Position numbers and translations under genes: made by a program
Notes under the pieces: model-generated
What the model was told of the DNA's origin: nothing
Databases searched by the model: none
The model's input: the letters and a program-made list of their open reading frames with translations, nothing else
NCBI GenBank assembly: GCA_963677595.1
Contig: OY782041.1
Span: 3,424,001 to 3,488,000, forward strand
Origin: Spirochaetia bacterium
GTDB lineage: Bacteria; Spirochaetota; Spirochaetia; CAKZLE01
Length of the DNA: 64,000 nt
Direction: 5' to 3'
Shown: in pieces, positions 9,659-19,394 of the stretch
How positions within the stretch are numbered: position 1 is the stretch's first letter
Layout: each line of letters starts with the position of its first letter

Positions 9659-10669
9659 ATGAAAAAAATTCTTATTGCTGTCGTTTTGGTTCTTCTCGTC
9701 GGGACATTCGTCTGGGCTGAAGGAACTCAGGAAGCAACTGGCCCAAAGACCTTCAAGCTGACCTATAACCAGCTCAATCCTGAAGACCAGCCGCAGGGGA
9801 TCACCGAGACCAAGTTCAAACAGAAGATAGAGGAACTCTCAGGCGGTCAGATCACGGTAGATACCTACTACAGTGGATCGCTGTTCACCCAGGAAGGAGA
9901 GGTTACGGCCATGATGACCGGGGACCTGGATATCTCGACCCTGGCCTTCCAGGATATCGCACCATACCTTCCTTCTGCTGCCATGTTCGCAGCACCCTAT
10001 ATCTTCACCAGCTATGACCATGTCAGGAATGTATGGGGACCGGATTCCGAGGTCGCACAGAAATTCTATCAGCAGGTATCGGATGCCTGCGGGTACACCC
10101 CGATCGCTGCCATGCACCAGGGCTCACGGCTCATCAACACCAAGTGGGAGACCCCGATCATGACCCCGGATGACATGAAGGGGATGGTCCTGAGGATGCC
10201 GAATGCACCATCCTGGATCGATGCAGGCGAGTCGATGGGAGGGGATGTCACCCCTATCGCCTATTCTGAGGTCTATACCGCACTCCAGACCGGTGCGATC
10301 GAAGGCCAGGATAACCCGCTGACGAACACCTATGCCATGAAGTTCTATGAGGTCACCAAGCAGATCTCCCTCACCAGGCATATCATCGATGTCAAGCTCC
10401 TCTGCGTGACCAACAGCACCTGGGAAGCCATGACTGCACAGCAGCAGGCCTGGATGAAGCAGGCAGCCCAGTATGCATGTGATGCCGGTACTCAGGCAAC
10501 CGTGAACAGTGAGAACGACCTGCTCGACTTCTACAAGGACTACGGTCTGATGATCACCTATCCTGACGTCGAGGCTTTCCAGGCACACTCATTCAAGTGG
10601 TACCAGGACAACGGCAGGACTGCAGAGTGGGACATGGACCTCTACAATGCCGTCCAGGCACTGAAGTAA
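9659..10669 (+). CDS. dctP: TRAP substrate-binding protein (DctP), carboxylate-binding type
   Basis: Start MKKILI at 9659 (AAGGAGG RBS). LRMP conserved Arg, EVYTALQTGAIEGQDNP, FYEV. Confidence 0.93.
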   Translation: MKKILIAVVLVLLVGTFVWAEGTQEATGPKTFKLTYNQLNPEDQPQGITETKFKQKIEELSGGQITVDTYYSGSLFTQEGEVTAMMTGDLDISTLAFQDIAPYLPSAAMFAAPYIFTSYDHVRNVWGPDSEVAQKFYQQVSDACGYTPIAAMHQGSRLINTKWETPIMTPDDMKGMVLRMPNAPSWIDAGESMGGDVTPIAYSEVYTALQTGAIEGQDNPLTNTYAMKFYEVTKQISLTRHIIDVKLLCVTNSTWEAMTAQQQAWMKQAAQYACDAGTQATVNSENDLLDFYKDYGLMITYPDVEAFQAHSFKWYQDNGRTAEWDMDLYNAVQALK

Positions 10670-10764
10670 GGTCTCCTGATAGATAAATCAACAAGGGTAC
10701 AGGCGCTGCGGTCCTAAGGCGGCGCCTGTCCTGTACAAGGAAGTTACGAGAAAGAGGAGTCTGA

Positions 10765-11292
10765 ATGAATGTGCTAAAGAGGGTCTTTAAGTTTCTTGTG
10801 GATATCATTGAGGTGTGGGTTCCGGCAACGGTCTTCGTCGCGATGTTCCTGGTGTTCCTGGTGAACGTGTTCTTCCGGTATGTGATGAAGAATCCGCAGA
10901 ACTGGACCTATGAGTTCTCGATCAATGCCTTCGTCATCGTCGGGCTCATGGGAGCCTGTACGGCAGCCCGTGCCGAGGACCATGTCGTCTTCGACCTGCT
11001 CTATTCCAATCTCCAGCCGAAGTCCCAGAACATCCTGAGGATCATCAGCTATGCGGTCATCATCATCCTCTTCAGTATATCGCTCCCGGCGACCGTGAAG
11101 TATATCTTCAAGCTCCCGAATGTCACCTCGATCATGAAGATACCGCAGAAGATCATCTTCAGCTCATACCCGATCCTGCTTGTCTCGATGATCATCCGGT
11201 CGGCGCACAGGATGGTCCTCGATATCATCGCATTGAAGAGAAAGACCTACGCCCAAACCTACAACACTGATAAAAAGGAAGTCCTCATATGA
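10765..11292 (+). CDS. dctQ: TRAP small permease (DctQ)
   Basis: NVFFRYVM..P..WTYE, HVVFD; four TM segments. Confidence 0.9.
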   Translation: MNVLKRVFKFLVDIIEVWVPATVFVAMFLVFLVNVFFRYVMKNPQNWTYEFSINAFVIVGLMGACTAARAEDHVVFDLLYSNLQPKSQNILRIISYAVIIILFSISLPATVKYIFKLPNVTSIMKIPQKIIFSSYPILLVSMIIRSAHRMVLDIIALKRKTYAQTYNTDKKEVLI

Positions 11293-12572
11293 GCTGGTAT
11301 ATCCTGATTCCCTTCGTGTTCCTCATCTTCGCCTTTGCCATCCGGATGCCGATCGGCCTTGGCATGATCGCCGGTTCCATCGCCTACTTCCTGATCAAGG
11401 GGATGCGGATCGGGATCCTCGTCAACGCGATCACCTATGGGCTGACCAATGCCTATATCCTGATAGCGATCCCGCTGTTCATCTTCACGGCCAACGTGAT
11501 GAACTCCAGCGAGGTCACGGACAGGATCTTCGATTTCGCACGCTCAGTCATCGGCGGCAAACCCGGTGCCACGGGCTATGTGAACATCATCGCATCCCTG
11601 ATCTTCGCCGGGATGACCGGCAGCGCTGTTGCCGATGCATCAGGGCTGGGGACCCTTGAGATCGCCCAGATGGAGAAGGAGGGCTACGATATGCCGTTCT
11701 CCTGTGCGATCACCTCTGCAACGGCAGTCATCGGCCCGATCTTCCCACCGTCGATACCCTTCGTCATCTATGCCATGATCTCCGGGGCTTCGATCGGGAA
11801 GCTGTTCATCGGCGGTATGGTACCGGCTATCATCCTGGTCATCGTCATGGGCATCTACGTCTATATCGTCTCGAAGAGACGTAATTACCCCAAGGGTGAG
11901 CGGGTAGCGTTCAAGGTCTTCATCGTCAGCACCCTCAAGGCTGTACCGGCACTGCTGACACCGGTCATCCTGCTCGCAGGTATCTATACCGGTATCATGA
12001 CCCCTACCGAGGCAGGAGCCATCGCAGCAGGCTATACCCTGCTGATCTCTTTCTTCATCTACAAATCCCTGAGCTTCAAGTCGCTGGGTACCATCCTGCT
12101 CAACACCATCCGCACGACCGGGGTCATCTTCCTCGTCATCGCCGGTGCCTACGGGTTCTCGTTCATCGTGACCTCAGAGCAGGTCTCCCGCTATGTCGTC
12201 GATGCCCTCGCCGGTGTCGTGAACAGCCCCATCGTCTTTCTCTTCGCCGTGAATATCCTGTTCCTCATCCTCGGGGCCCTCATCGACGTGAATGTCTCGG
12301 AACTCGTGTTCCTGCCGATCATCCTGCCGCTCGTGAAGCACTTCGGGATCGACCTCGTCCATTTCGGGGTCATGATCTGCCTGAACATGATGATTGGCTT
12401 GCTGACGCCGCCGTTCGGCATGCTCCTGTTCGTCACGGCCGGGATCGGGAAGATATCATTGAAACCGCTGATCAAGGAAGTACTGCCCCTGATCGGGGTG
12501 CTGCTGATCGCGCTGTTCATCATCACCTATGTACCAGAATCCGTGCTGTTCCTGACACGGCTCGTGAAATAA
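11289..12572 (+). CDS. dctM: TRAP large permease (DctM)
   Basis: LIAIPLFIF, GSAVADA, GPIFPPSIP, TPTEAGA, LLTPPFG. Confidence 0.95.
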   Translation: MSWYILIPFVFLIFAFAIRMPIGLGMIAGSIAYFLIKGMRIGILVNAITYGLTNAYILIAIPLFIFTANVMNSSEVTDRIFDFARSVIGGKPGATGYVNIIASLIFAGMTGSAVADASGLGTLEIAQMEKEGYDMPFSCAITSATAVIGPIFPPSIPFVIYAMISGASIGKLFIGGMVPAIILVIVMGIYVYIVSKRRNYPKGERVAFKVFIVSTLKAVPALLTPVILLAGIYTGIMTPTEAGAIAAGYTLLISFFIYKSLSFKSLGTILLNTIRTTGVIFLVIAGAYGFSFIVTSEQVSRYVVDALAGVVNSPIVFLFAVNILFLILGALIDVNVSELVFLPIILPLVKHFGIDLVHFGVMICLNMMIGLLTPPFGMLLFVTAGIGKISLKPLIKEVLPLIGVLLIALFIITYVPESVLFLTRLVK

Positions 12573-12624
12573 CACTGCCTGCCGGGTAACCGGCAGCAGG
12601 AGTGTAGGAGAGGTTTTTAGTTAT

Positions 12625-12644
12625 TTTATGATTATAATCTAAAA
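12625..12644. promoter_or_regulatory. Candidate GntR operator 2 (core GATTATAATC) upstream of the catabolic operon
   Basis: Same 10-bp palindromic core as 9574-9583, in the AT-rich gap before the aldolase gene. Confidence 0.55.
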
Positions 12645-12686
12645 GTATTTATATTATTTTTTGAGATTACCTACAGGAGGCAAGCC

Positions 12687-13358
12687 ATGGCCCATGTATA
12701 TACCAAGATCGATAGACCGGAGAGAAGCCTGATTGAGGCATTCGCGGAGTTCTCTTCTGCGACCGTGTACGAGGCATCGGGCAGGAAGGGGTCGGTGAAC
12801 CCGGCGATCAAGCCGATCGCCAAGGGACTGAGACTGCTCGGTCCCGCGGTCACGGTCAGCTGCAAGCCCAATGACAACCTCATGCTCCATAAGGCCATCC
12901 AGATAGCCAAACCGGGCGATGTCATCATCGCCGATACCCAGGGGTTCTATGATGCCGGGTACTGGGGTGACCTGATGGCAGGATCCGCCAAGGCCCGGGG
13001 GATCGCCGGGCTGGCGATCGACGGCGGGGTGCGGGACAGCGAGGAGATCATAAAGATGGGATTCCCGATCTTCTCGAGGGGATTGTGCATCCGGGGAACC
13101 AATAAGGCTGTGCTGGGAAAGGTCAACCACCCGCTGGTCTTCGGGGATGTACTCGTGAATCCCGGCGACCTGGTCCTCGGAGACGATGACGGGATCGTGA
13201 TCGTCGCAAAAGAGGATATGCTATCCGTTCTGGAAGCAACGAAGAAGCGGGTCGCCAAGGAGATCGACAAGGCCGCACAGCTGGCTGAAGGCATCCCTGG
13301 TGTGATCATCAACAAGCTGGATGCCGTCTTCGAGCGGCTGGGGCTGATAGAGGAATAA
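12687..13358 (+). CDS. 4-carboxy-4-hydroxy-2-oxoadipate (CHA)/HMG aldolase, RraA/LigK family
   Basis: SATVYEA, GPAVTV, DNLMLHKA, GYWGDLM, IDGGVRD (catalytic R-D), PGDLVLGDDDG; length typical of LigK/ProA/GalC. Confidence 0.88.
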   Translation: MAHVYTKIDRPERSLIEAFAEFSSATVYEASGRKGSVNPAIKPIAKGLRLLGPAVTVSCKPNDNLMLHKAIQIAKPGDVIIADTQGFYDAGYWGDLMAGSAKARGIAGLAIDGGVRDSEEIIKMGFPIFSRGLCIRGTNKAVLGKVNHPLVFGDVLVNPGDLVLGDDDGIVIVAKEDMLSVLEATKKRVAKEIDKAAQLAEGIPGVIINKLDAVFERLGLIEE

Positions 13359-13359
13359 G

Positions 13360-14406
13360 ATGAGAGTTGATGTAGCTAATCTGAAACAGGCTATCGTCTC
13401 CCTGCTGGGGACGGTGGACCTGGAGCCCGGGGAAGCTGACGCAGTCTCGAGGATCATGGCTGAAGCTGACATGAAGGGGATCTCCACCCACGGGATCTAC
13501 TTCCTGCCGATGCTGCTCAAGCGGATCGATGCAGGGCTGGTGAAGGTGCCCACACAGGTGACGGAAGTCTCCGAGAGCGGTGCGCTCCTCCATCTTGATG
13601 GGGGTAACGGGATCGGGCAGGTCGCCGCCGAGCGTGCGATGGGCGGGGCTATCGAGAAAGCCCGTGATTTCGGGATCGGCATGGCCCTGGTGAGGAATAC
13701 CAACCATATCGGGCTGCTGGCCCATTACAGCCTGATGGCTGCCAAGGAGGGGATGATAGGCATCTGCCTCTCGAACAGTGCCCCAGCCATGGCCCCATGG
13801 GGCGGGGCTCAGGCGCTCTTCGGCACGAATCCCTTCTCCATAGCGGCTCCTGGGAATGGTGAGTTCCCAATCGTCCTCGACATGTCCACCTCCATCGTGG
13901 CTAGGGGAAAGATCAGGAAAGCTGACCGCCTGGGGGAGCGTATCCCGGAAGGCTGGGCCCTTGATGGGAGAGGGGAGCCAACGACTGACCCGTCCGAGGC
14001 CTTGAAGGGCAGCCTGCTGCCGATCGGCGGGCCGAAGGGATACGGGATGGCCCTGTTCATCGATCTCATCGGAGGCATGATCTCGGGATCGAGTTACCTC
14101 AACGATGTGAAGACCTTCCATAAACCCCTGGGCCCGACCGGTGTGGGAATGGCCGCGATCGCTATCGACATCAGTCGGTTCATGGCCCCGGAGACCTATG
14201 AGCCGCTGATCAAGGAGTATATACAGCAGCTGAAAGCTTCTCCCAAGGCACAAGGTGTCGAGCGCATCTTCATGCCCGGGGAGATCGAACTGAGCAGGGA
14301 GCAGGAAGCAGCTTCGGCAGGTGCCGAGATTGATGATGATGTGGTCGCAACGATCAACGGGCTCCTGTCTGATAAGCATATCGATGTTCAATTACGAGGG
14401 AAATGA
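13360..14406 (+). CDS. Type-2 malate/L-lactate dehydrogenase family (Ldh_2) 2-hydroxyacid oxidoreductase
   Basis: GISTHG, DGGNGIG, RNTNHIG, FGTNPFS, LDMSTS, GGPKGYG, MPGE. Confidence 0.92.
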   Translation: MRVDVANLKQAIVSLLGTVDLEPGEADAVSRIMAEADMKGISTHGIYFLPMLLKRIDAGLVKVPTQVTEVSESGALLHLDGGNGIGQVAAERAMGGAIEKARDFGIGMALVRNTNHIGLLAHYSLMAAKEGMIGICLSNSAPAMAPWGGAQALFGTNPFSIAAPGNGEFPIVLDMSTSIVARGKIRKADRLGERIPEGWALDGRGEPTTDPSEALKGSLLPIGGPKGYGMALFIDLIGGMISGSSYLNDVKTFHKPLGPTGVGMAAIAIDISRFMAPETYEPLIKEYIQQLKASPKAQGVERIFMPGEIELSREQEAASAGAEIDDDVVATINGLLSDKHIDVQLRGK

Positions 14407-16137
14407 ATGAATAGGATCTTACGTGTGAACACGCGTACCGGGGAGCTCCGGTACGTTAAGACTACTGAGAAGGAGATGCAGGAGGGCGGTCGTTCGTTCA
14501 TCGTCCATAACCTGCTGCGTGAGGTGGATCCTGCCTGCGATCCCATCGGGGGTGATAACCACTTCATCATCGCCAACGGCCTGCTGGGCGATACCAGCCT
14601 CACGACTGCCGGCCGTCTCTCGATCGGGGCGAAGAGCCCGCTGACCGGGGGCGTGAAGGAGAGCAATGTCGGGGGGAGTGCCGGGAAGGCCCTGGGGAAG
14701 CTGGGGCTCAAGGCAGTCATCCTCGAGGATATACCGGAGAAGGTGAGCTGCAGGGTCCTGGTCGTCAGAAAGGACGGGGCAGAACTCGTGGAGACGCCCG
14801 AACTGCAGGGGGTGGAGTCCAAGAAGACCATAGACGCCCTGCAGGGACGGTACGGGACAGAAGCAGCAGTGCTCTGCATCGGCCCGGCCGGTGAGTACCG
14901 GCTGTCAGCAGCTGTGGTGGCTACCACGGACCATACGGGTGTCCAGGTGCGAGTCGCCGGACGCGGCGGACTGGGGGCAGTCATGGGTTCGAAGGGGATC
15001 AAGGCGGTCGTCCTGGACAGCAAGGGGGCAACAGCCCCGAAACCGGCTGACCCTGAAGCCTTCTCAGACGTGAAGAAGCAGATCGCGAAGATCATCAGGG
15101 ATGACCCCAAGACGGAGAACCGTCACGACTACGGGACCCCGGCGGTGCTCGGGACCTGCAACGCACTCGGTATCCTGCCGACGAGGAGCTTCCGCACCGG
15201 GAGTTTCGAGCAGGCAGACGCGATCTCGGGGGATACCGTTGCCGAGCTGATCGTGAAGAGAGGCGGCGAGGGGAAGCGGGGACTGCCCTGCGTCAGGGGC
15301 TGCATCATAGCCTGCTCCAACATCTTCCCTCATCCGGACGGGAAAGCACATATCGCTTCCCTGCAGTATGAGAACATCGCGCTGCTCGGGTCGAACCTCG
15401 GGATCGGCGACATCGACGAGGTGGCTGAATTGAACGACCTCTGCAATGAGGTTGGGATCGATGCCATAGACGGCGGGGCCGCCATCGGGGTCGCCATGGA
15501 TATGGGGTTGCTTCCCTTCGGCGATGCCGAAGGTGCCAAGGAGCTCGTGCGCCAGGTCGGGCAGGGAACCGCGATGGGCAGGGTCATCGGCTCAGGTGCT
15601 GCGGTCACCGGCAAGGTCTTCGGCTCGACCCGGATCCCGACGGTCAAAGGACAGGCCATGCCGGCTTATGACCCCCGTTCACTCAAAGGCATCGGCGTCA
15701 CCTATGCCATGTCAGCCATGGGTGCGGACCATACCGCAGGGAATGCCCTGGAGACCGCGAAGTACCTCGACCCGCAGGGAACTGAAGGCCAGGTGCAGAT
15801 CTCGCACAAACTGCAGGTACGCGGAGCGATCCTGGACTCTTTCGGGGTCTGCCTCTTCCTGCGGCCAGCCTTCGTCAAGGACCCGGAGCTTGCCGCACAA
15901 CTGCTCAATGCCCGGTACGGCTGGGACTGGACCTATCGCGACGTGCGGGCGATGAGTGATGAGTGCCTCAGGGCTGAACACGAATTCAACCGGGCAGCGG
16001 GGATCGATGAGACCCGCTGTGATATCCCGGAGTTCATGAGGAAGGAGGCGTTGCCCCCTATGAATACGACCTTTGACATACCCCGTGATGAGATGCAGAA
16101 GATCTGGGAGACTGAGGTCGAGGAAGGAGTTTTTTAG
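14407..16137 (+). CDS. Aldehyde:ferredoxin oxidoreductase (W/Mo-bis-pterin, AOR family)
   Basis: KSPLTGGVKESNVGG, IGPAGE, AGRGGLGAVMGSKGIKA, CVRGCIIAC, NEVGIDAID, GADHT, GVCLF. Confidence 0.93.
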   Translation: MNRILRVNTRTGELRYVKTTEKEMQEGGRSFIVHNLLREVDPACDPIGGDNHFIIANGLLGDTSLTTAGRLSIGAKSPLTGGVKESNVGGSAGKALGKLGLKAVILEDIPEKVSCRVLVVRKDGAELVETPELQGVESKKTIDALQGRYGTEAAVLCIGPAGEYRLSAAVVATTDHTGVQVRVAGRGGLGAVMGSKGIKAVVLDSKGATAPKPADPEAFSDVKKQIAKIIRDDPKTENRHDYGTPAVLGTCNALGILPTRSFRTGSFEQADAISGDTVAELIVKRGGEGKRGLPCVRGCIIACSNIFPHPDGKAHIASLQYENIALLGSNLGIGDIDEVAELNDLCNEVGIDAIDGGAAIGVAMDMGLLPFGDAEGAKELVRQVGQGTAMGRVIGSGAAVTGKVFGSTRIPTVKGQAMPAYDPRSLKGIGVTYAMSAMGADHTAGNALETAKYLDPQGTEGQVQISHKLQVRGAILDSFGVCLFLRPAFVKDPELAAQLLNARYGWDWTYRDVRAMSDECLRAEHEFNRAAGIDETRCDIPEFMRKEALPPMNTTFDIPRDEMQKIWETEVEEGVF

Positions 16138-16139
16138 TT

Positions 16140-16898
16140 ATGTCTGATTGTACGTATGATCTGTCCGGGAAACGCTGCCTGGTCACAGGGGCTTCCAGGG
16201 GGCTCGGGGAAGAGGTCGCCAGGCTGCTGATCGCAGCCGGGGCCAGTGTCGCCCTCACTGATATAGACATCAGCGGGGCCGAGAAGATTGCGAAGGAGCT
16301 CGACCCAGGGGCCGAGAGGACCCTCTGCCTTGCGCTGGATGTCTCGAAGGAGGAGCAGGTGAGCTCTGTCGTCAAGGCAGTCGCTGAGTCCTACGGGGGA
16401 CTCGATGTCCTGGTCAATGTGGCGGGAATCCTCAAGCATCTGCCTATTGACGAGATGAGCCTGCAGGACTTCCAGAGTATCCTCGACGTGAACCTCACCG
16501 GCATCTTCCTGATGTGCCGGGAGTCAGTCCGGGTCATGAAGAGGCAGGGAAGGGGTAAGATCGTTAACATCGCCTCCCTCGGCGGGGTGACGGGACGACC
16601 CGGGGTCGGGGTGAACTATGCCGCCTCCAAGTCGGGCGTCATCGGCATGTCCCAGTGCCTGGCACGGGAAGTGGGTAAGTACGGGATCTATGTGAACACG
16701 ATCAATCCCGGGCCCATCCTGACAGAACTGACCAAGGTGTACCCGGAAGAGGTCTTCGCAAAATGGAATGCTGGCAGGGCTGTCGAGAAGAACGGCCTGC
16801 CGGAGGATATAGCAAATGCGGTCCTGTTCCTTGCCTCTGACCAGTCTGACTGGGTCACCGGCGTGTCGTTGAACGTCAACGGCGGAATATTCATGTAA
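16140..16898 (+). CDS. Short-chain dehydrogenase/reductase, probably NAD-dependent
   Basis: TGASRGLG, acidic residue at the end of beta2 (LTDID), NVAG, YAASK, PGPI. Confidence 0.92.
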   Translation: MSDCTYDLSGKRCLVTGASRGLGEEVARLLIAAGASVALTDIDISGAEKIAKELDPGAERTLCLALDVSKEEQVSSVVKAVAESYGGLDVLVNVAGILKHLPIDEMSLQDFQSILDVNLTGIFLMCRESVRVMKRQGRGKIVNIASLGGVTGRPGVGVNYAASKSGVIGMSQCLAREVGKYGIYVNTINPGPILTELTKVYPEEVFAKWNAGRAVEKNGLPEDIANAVLFLASDQSDWVTGVSLNVNGGIFM

Positions 16899-16920
16899 TT
16901 ACACACAGGAGGTTTCATAT

Positions 16921-17286
16921 ATGGCAAAGACTATAGCAGTCAATATCAAGGACGTGACGCCGGTGAAGCGTGAACCGGCCCGTACGTCATGGACGCTCGT
17001 ATCGGAGAAGACCGTCGGGGCACAGAACCTGGCGGTTGGGGTGAATGAGACCCCTGCCGGGAGCCAGGTCCCTGAGCACGAGCATAACGTGGAAGAGGAG
17101 GTCATGTTCTTCGTCGCTGGTCGCGGCCTCTTCGTCACGGAAGACCAGGAGATTCCCCTCGAACCTGGCGTCTGTGTCTACAACCCGCCGGGCGGGAAGC
17201 ACAAGATCCTCAATACCGGGGATGAGGTCCTGAGGTTCATCTGGATCTACTCGCCGCAGCTGCCCAGCCACAGGGTAGAGAAATAA
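16921..17286 (+). CDS. Cupin-domain protein
   Basis: Motif 1 PEHEHNVEEEV and motif 2 NPPGGKHKILN; 3-His-1-Glu metal site intact. Confidence 0.9.
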   Translation: MAKTIAVNIKDVTPVKREPARTSWTLVSEKTVGAQNLAVGVNETPAGSQVPEHEHNVEEEVMFFVAGRGLFVTEDQEIPLEPGVCVYNPPGGKHKILNTGDEVLRFIWIYSPQLPSHRVEK

Positions 17287-17303
17287 TCAGGGAGGAGAAG
17301 ACC

Positions 17304-18272
17304 ATGTCAGATTGGAAATTCCCGCCGAAAGGCGGACATGCAGAGAGTCCTACGAAATTGTATTACCATACCATGACGAAGAGGGAGCTGGAAGAGCGCC
17401 TGAAGGTGAACGATATCATCCTGATCCCCTTTGGTTCTACCGAGAACCATGGAGACTCGCAACCGATGGGAGAGGACGGGTTCATCGCTACCAGGACCTG
17501 CGAGATGATCGCGGAACGGACCGGCTGTACGATAGCTCCTCCTATCTGGTATGCATCGCATCCGTTCTCCCATCTGGGACAGCGGTTCACCGTCCCGGTC
17601 TCGGACCAGGTCAACTCCGACTATGTCAGGGCGATCATATCGGGGTTCTGGAATGCGGGTTTCCGGAAACAGATCCTGATCAGCAGCCACGGGCAGGAGT
17701 ATATCATCCCGTCAGCCATGCAGGAGTGGGCTAAGAAGTACCAGGTACCGGCCATGCTCTTCTTCATCGATGTGTGGAAGACTGCCGGAACGGCCATGAT
17801 GGACCAGGCTCACGGGGGACCGTTCGAGACGCCGTTCCGTCATGGCGATGAGGCTGAGAACTCAGTCTGCCTCGCGCTCTTCCCTGAACTCGTGCAGATG
17901 GAGCATGCCGTGGACACGAAGACCTGGGGGTTCCTCCCCGAGGGCCATGTCGACAAGGGCGGCGACATCTACGGGCTCCCCCTTGCCGGGCAGAACCAGG
18001 TTGGAGCCGGCGGTGTAGAGTTCGCCATCTATCCCGAGGGCGTGTTGGGCAAGCCATCCCTTGCCAAGGCAGAGAAAGCCTACCAGGCGATCTCGAACTA
18101 CATGGACTATGTGGTGAAGCTCCATGACGATGTCCTGGAACGGTTCCCTGCTGGGGTGTTGCCTGAGATGAAGTATGTGACCCAGCGGGACAAGGAGGAG
18201 ATCGAGGCCCTGCTGAAGGGACCGAACGAGGAAGGCGGCAAGCATATCTGGACCGTCGCCTGGCCGTCCTGA
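17304..18272 (+). CDS. Creatininase-family hydrolase resembling 3-dehydro-scyllo-inosose hydrolase (IolN)
   Basis: PFGSTENHG...GED, SSHGQE, PFRHGDEAE. The N-terminal W..PP.GGH extension recalls Thermotoga IolN (from memory, not aligned). Confidence 0.8.
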   Translation: MSDWKFPPKGGHAESPTKLYYHTMTKRELEERLKVNDIILIPFGSTENHGDSQPMGEDGFIATRTCEMIAERTGCTIAPPIWYASHPFSHLGQRFTVPVSDQVNSDYVRAIISGFWNAGFRKQILISSHGQEYIIPSAMQEWAKKYQVPAMLFFIDVWKTAGTAMMDQAHGGPFETPFRHGDEAENSVCLALFPELVQMEHAVDTKTWGFLPEGHVDKGGDIYGLPLAGQNQVGAGGVEFAIYPEGVLGKPSLAKAEKAYQAISNYMDYVVKLHDDVLERFPAGVLPEMKYVTQRDKEEIEALLKGPNEEGGKHIWTVAWPS

Positions 18273-18288
18273 TAGGAAGATCCGGCAG

Positions 18289-18312
18289 TCAGTGAGCCGG
18301 TACCGGCTCACT
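18289..18312 (+). terminator. Intercistronic hairpin
   Basis: CAGTGAGCCGG-ta-CCGGCTCACTG. Confidence 0.55.
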
Positions 18313-18335
18313 GGCCAGTCTTTTCGATTGATACA

Positions 18336-19379
18336 ATGGTTGGACAAATGAAAGCGATAGTAAAACCCAATGCCGAACCCGGCGTGTTCGAAGTAAGAGA
18401 TGTCCCGATACCGAAAGTCACCGATAACCATATCCTCGTCAAGGTGAAGGCTACCGGTCTCTGCTATACGGATGTATCCATCCTCAACGGGACCTATAAA
18501 GGAAGGAAACCGGTTCCTTATCCCCTCATCATGGGCCATGAGGGATCTGGTGTGGTGGCTGAAGTAGGGAAGGGTGCAGGCCACTTCGACCCGGGTGACC
18601 GGGTCGCCTTCGAAGCCCTGAGCGGCTGCGGCACCTGCATCAACTGCCGGAAGGGCGACAAGAACATGTGCCGCAACTGGGACCATATCGGGATCACCTA
18701 CGATGGGACCTTCGCAGAGTATATCCTGCTCCCTGCTGAACTCGTGCATCCTCTGGCCGATTCCGTCTCCTTTGCAGATGCGGCCGTGATGGAGCCGTTG
18801 AGCCTGGTGGTGCGGTCGATCAGCCATGTGCTTCCGCAGATCGGGGAGACAGCGACCATCATCGGTCCCGGATCGGTAGGATTACTGCACCTGCAGGCAC
18901 TCAAAGCCGCAGGCTGCGGCAAGATCATCGTCATCGGCCTCGATATCGACAGCCATCGCTTCGAGCTTGCCAAGAAGCTCGGCGCGACCCATATCGTGAA
19001 TGTGAGTCACGAGGACCCCGTCGAGTCTGTCATGGAGATCACCGACGGCTGGGGTACCGACATCCTCATCGAGACTGCAAGCTCCCCGAAGGTCTGGGAC
19101 TACATGGTTGAACTCCTGGCCCCGAAGGGGAGGATCTCGACCTTCGGGCTCTACCCGCAGTCGAACTTCGAGCCGCTGCAGCTGATACGGAGGGGCGTGA
19201 CCCTCTATGGGGATGTGGCATTCCTGCAGAAGCACTTCCTCCAGGGGCTCAACTGGCTCGAGACGGGAAAGGTCTCTGGGGAGGCACTCATCACCAAACG
19301 GTACTCGCTTGATGATGCGGCACAGGCATTCGAGGACTTCAGGGCAAAAGAGACGGTGAAATGTCTCTTTGAGCTGTAG
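18336..19379 (+). CDS. Zn-dependent medium-chain dehydrogenase, polyol/cyclitol type (start may be 18348)
   Basis: GLCYTD, GHEGSG, CGTCINC...C, GPGSVG. Confidence 0.92.
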   Translation: MVGQMKAIVKPNAEPGVFEVRDVPIPKVTDNHILVKVKATGLCYTDVSILNGTYKGRKPVPYPLIMGHEGSGVVAEVGKGAGHFDPGDRVAFEALSGCGTCINCRKGDKNMCRNWDHIGITYDGTFAEYILLPAELVHPLADSVSFADAAVMEPLSLVVRSISHVLPQIGETATIIGPGSVGLLHLQALKAAGCGKIIVIGLDIDSHRFELAKKLGATHIVNVSHEDPVESVMEITDGWGTDILIETASSPKVWDYMVELLAPKGRISTFGLYPQSNFEPLQLIRRGVTLYGDVAFLQKHFLQGLNWLETGKVSGEALITKRYSLDDAAQAFEDFRAKETVKCLFEL

Positions 19380-19394
19380 AGAGTAGGGGAAGGT

